Origin: Parasitella parasitica NRRL 2501
Lineage: Eukaryota > Fungi > Mucoromycota
Length of the DNA stretch: 64,000 bases
Assembly: GCA_025201805.1 (NCBI GenBank)
Contig: MU619276.1
Location: 64,558-128,557, forward strand
Direction of reading: 5' to 3'
Position 1 is the first letter of the stretch; every line of letters begins with the position of its first letter. The position numbers and the translations under genes are program-made. The notes under the pieces were generated by a model that ran no database searches, was not told where the DNA came from, and saw nothing but the letters and a program-made list of their open reading frames with translations. Of the stretch, positions 61,048 through 64,000 are shown piece after piece.

Positions 61048-62647
61048 CTAGGTCAATGACTCGCTTAAAAGTGTATCCATATTGGGAGCACAAACAAATT
61101 TCTGCACAATATGACCTAGTTCAATAGCCTTCTTTGAATCCTCACTTTCATGATCCACCACCATAATATTCTCTAAAAAGGCGGATTGCATCCCCTGATT
61201 GACGTCTAATAGAATGGATCCAAACTGCATCTTGACCTTTCCGCTTTTATATACAATCAATTTACCAACTCTTCCATCCGGTATGTCCTCTAATCCCATG
61301 TTGGCCATCGCATCTTCCAGCAATGTCGATTTTTTAGCTGCTGGCGGCAATGGGTTCTCTGTGGCTGTTTCCGGCTTAATTTCTTTCTCATCTTCCATAA
61401 CGACATCCGCTTTCTCTTCGTTTTTTACGCTTTCAAAAAGAGGAATAACCGTTGGCAGTTGGAAATATAATAACTCTTCTTCTGCAACACAAACTAAACG
61501 CTGCTTTTCGTCCAGGGCAAAAATGTTTTGTGCCGGTGAATCACTGTCCATGTACACCTTGGGCAATTCCTGAGGCTCCTCTTCATTTTGCTCTGTTTCG
61601 TCCATCAGCGAATCGGTGGTGTCAGGAACACTGGTTTCCTCATCGTTGACCTCATTGTCCATATCAACATCAATGCCTGCTTCCGCTTTGACTTTTTTAA
61701 CATTTTCGACGCTCGTTTTTTCTTTCTTTTGCGATTTCACTGTCATCCACGGAATCTTGCCGATTGTTTGCTTCAATGTGACAGGATCAATGTCTCCATC
61801 CAGTCGTGAAATATGCCTGAATGTAACTGGTGTGTCTTTACCCACAGACGAACTAAACATATCTACTACGTCTGTGTTTGCATCATCGCCTTCGGCTCTA
61901 CTAGGTAGATCGCCGCCATAAGATGCGAATCCGCCACCGCCAAACCCAGGTCGTCCTCTAGAAATTGCTGAGGGACCCAACGAAAAGATACCCGAAGCCG
62001 TAGATTCATCCACAATCACCAGCCCTCTTCCTCGGCCCCTTCCTCTACCACCTCTCCCACGGCCTCCACGGCCTCCGCGACCACCTCTTTCTCCATCCGC
62101 GGAGAGACGATCTGGTTTACCAAGTGCTTCATCAATAGCAGAGGAAGATCTACCAGGCGCATGAGTCAATGAGCATACATATCCAAGGCGAAACTTACAC
62201 TTCTTTCTTGTTTCTTTTGTGGGGTATCGTTGGCTTGAATTTCATCTATCACGCACACACGTCAGTAAACAAAAGAGATGTCGCATTTCGTCCACATACT
62301 TTCATGGTACCGCCTCTTGTCTTTTGCCCGTCATTCACACTCTGTAACCTGCCAGATCCAGACGCTTCAGGTCGAATTGTACCAATGGACGAGGATTTCG
62401 AAACGTTGGGTGTGGTGTTCCCTTCTGCCGTCGATGCTGATGTAGAAGCCTCGGCTGATGTGTCTGTGCCTTCGGATCCTTTATCTTTGACAGATGAGGA
62501 CTCTGCGGCTACTTCTGCCGCTGCTGCTGCTGCCGCCGCTGCCTCTGCTGCACGCCTTTGAGCTGCTGGACTCTTACCTCCTCTCTTTACTGGTGCAAAA
62601 CGTCTAGTGGTCTTCTTTACCCCGGGTGTATCGGTTGGTTCCGACAT
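61048..62647 (-). CDS. RPC53: RNA polymerase III subunit RPC4/C53
   Basis: MKFKPTIP segment, RGG-rich region, ASGIFSLGP and the C-terminal RPC4 domain ELLYFQLP...GRVGKLIVYKSGKVKMQFGSILLDVNQG...LGHIVQKFVCAP. Confidence 0.9.
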
Positions 62648-62969
62648 TTTTTCTTGTTTTTTAGTAGTGAATGTAAAAAGAAAAACAATTTTTTTTTGTT
62701 TTTTTACAATGCCCTTTTTGCCATATAATAAGGCTCTACAGTCACATTATGCTCTTTTTTTTTTTCGATTACTGTTTACTGTATGTCTAACGTAAATGGA
62801 CAAAATTGCGTGAAAAAAAATACATAGCAAGTATTTAGAATTTTGGAAGATTGGAGATGACAATTCGAACATGTAGCTCAAGCAGTGAATTTTTTTGTTT
62901 AATCAGGGGGGAATCGCACATTTTAGTTTATTTTTTTTATTTTTTTTATTTTATTTTTTTCATGTCAGT

Positions 62970-63680
62970 GGGCCTTTCGCTGCTGCACAGCGTTTTGGTG
63001 GTCCATGTTAAACGGCTTGGTTTCCCTACCCTTCAAATTTTGATTGAGCTTTGTTGGTTTCAACAAAAACTATCCAATCGTAGATATGTTGACACTGTGT
63101 TATGCAAACTTGCAATGGCACTCTAAGCTCTACTGTAGATAATTTTGTACGTTTCTTCCCATAGTTGGGCTTGTAGCAATGACGCTCGAAAGTGCTTGTC
63201 TTCAAACTCTAATTGTCCTAACTGGACAAATCACTTGGTCTTTGGCTGTAGGCGAATATTTCAGTCGTAGCTTTTGCTTGCATTTTGGAGCTTTTGAATG
63301 CTTATAGATGGTGTTGACATGTTGTAATGTGTCGACTTTACACCTTTCGAGCTCAGGAGCGAGTTCCTTATTGTTCTGCTCTTGCTTTGCCCAGTTTTGA
63401 TGGAAATATATCTTTGTATTCCTTTTGAACTTTTTAATCGTTTCCCGTAACTCATAATTAGACGGGCTCTCCAAAGACTCTGATATTGTCATTGGCAATC
63501 CATCTTTCTCTTCCTCCTCCTCTCTCGTTGCTCGGTTCTCGAGCTCCACTTTTCTAATAATACGGGCGACGTCCTCTGGTGCAAAAGTTGTTCAGTGTGG
63601 CATGTTGCCACAAAGTAACTTCCACGACGCGCGGTTTGAAAAGATATGAAGACGAAAGGGAATAGTATTATTAACAAGTT
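62970..63680 (-). mobile_element. Possible degenerate DIRS/tyrosine-recombinase retroelement relic
   Basis: ORF 63202..63549 reads like a gag-type segment (ELRETIKKFKRNTKIYFHQNW..NKELAPELERCKVDTLQHVNTIYK) fused to KAPK...DQVICPVRT, which recalls the (L/I)CPV motif of DIRS-type recombinases. Stops follow. Confidence 0.35.
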
Positions 63681-63693
63681 GGGATTACCCCGA

Positions 63694-63896
63694 TCGGCCC
63701 ATTTGGGCCGACCCTTCCATAATAAATTCCTCCACAGAAATTGAAGATAACATGCTAAAAACTCTTTTTAATATTGAAATGGGTGTTCTTGTCAGCGATC
63801 TAATTGATTTTGTTTGAAAAAAGTGAAAATTGAGCTATCAGGGATTGATTTTCCGGAGGCTGTTTTGCCCGATTTTAATCAGCCCAAATGGGCCGA
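63694..63896. repeat. Inverted pair of 18-bp palindromic hairpins about 200 bp apart
   Basis: TCGGCCC-ATTT-GGGCCGA (63694-63711) and TCAGCCC-AAAT-GGGCCGA (63879-63896). The second is the reverse complement of the first at 17/18 positions. Confidence 0.8.
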
Positions 63897-64000
63897 CTTT
63901 TCGATTATATATAATTTGTATAGTGTATAACAATTTATAAAAAAAAAAATTTATAGAAATATACTTAAGCTAATGTAGAATTATTCAAGAGCTGTTGGCG

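Noticed and set aside
1-64000. tRNA, rRNA or snoRNA genes
   Set aside because: I recognised no T-loop/D-loop cloverleaf or rRNA signature by eye. A tRNAscan-SE or Infernal scan would be needed to exclude small RNAs.

Overview
Gene-dense eukaryotic DNA that looks fungal and most like Mucorales (Mucoromycota). It has short GT-AG introns with CTAAC-like branch points, AT-rich intergenic DNA, and many homopolymer runs and N gaps. About 26 protein-coding genes can be supported, several of them spliced models the ORF track misses or fragments. They include a Q/H-rich putative regulator, GT32 and GT47 glycosyltransferases, an F-box/LRR protein, a CCX Na+/Ca2+ exchanger, a YANK/STK32 kinase, SLC1, V-ATPase subunit f, a CABLES-like cyclin, a NIPA transporter, a PX-PH-RhoGAP, a WD40-inositol 5-phosphatase, bS21m, a small secreted protein, two HMG-box genes, an ATF/CREB bZIP, NDUFS5, a tandem-START protein, Mago nashi, GPI12 and RPC4. 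The decayed DNA is a TRP-like channel pseudogene (about 2.6-5.6 kb), a 213-bp tandem duplication of a possible integrase relic, a truncated LINE, and a possible DIRS relic with an inverted hairpin pair at the right end. I found no tRNA, rRNA or CRISPR array. I see no clear multi-gene novel system; the best leads are single-gene or architectural. All family calls come from motif recognition by eye, not from database searches.
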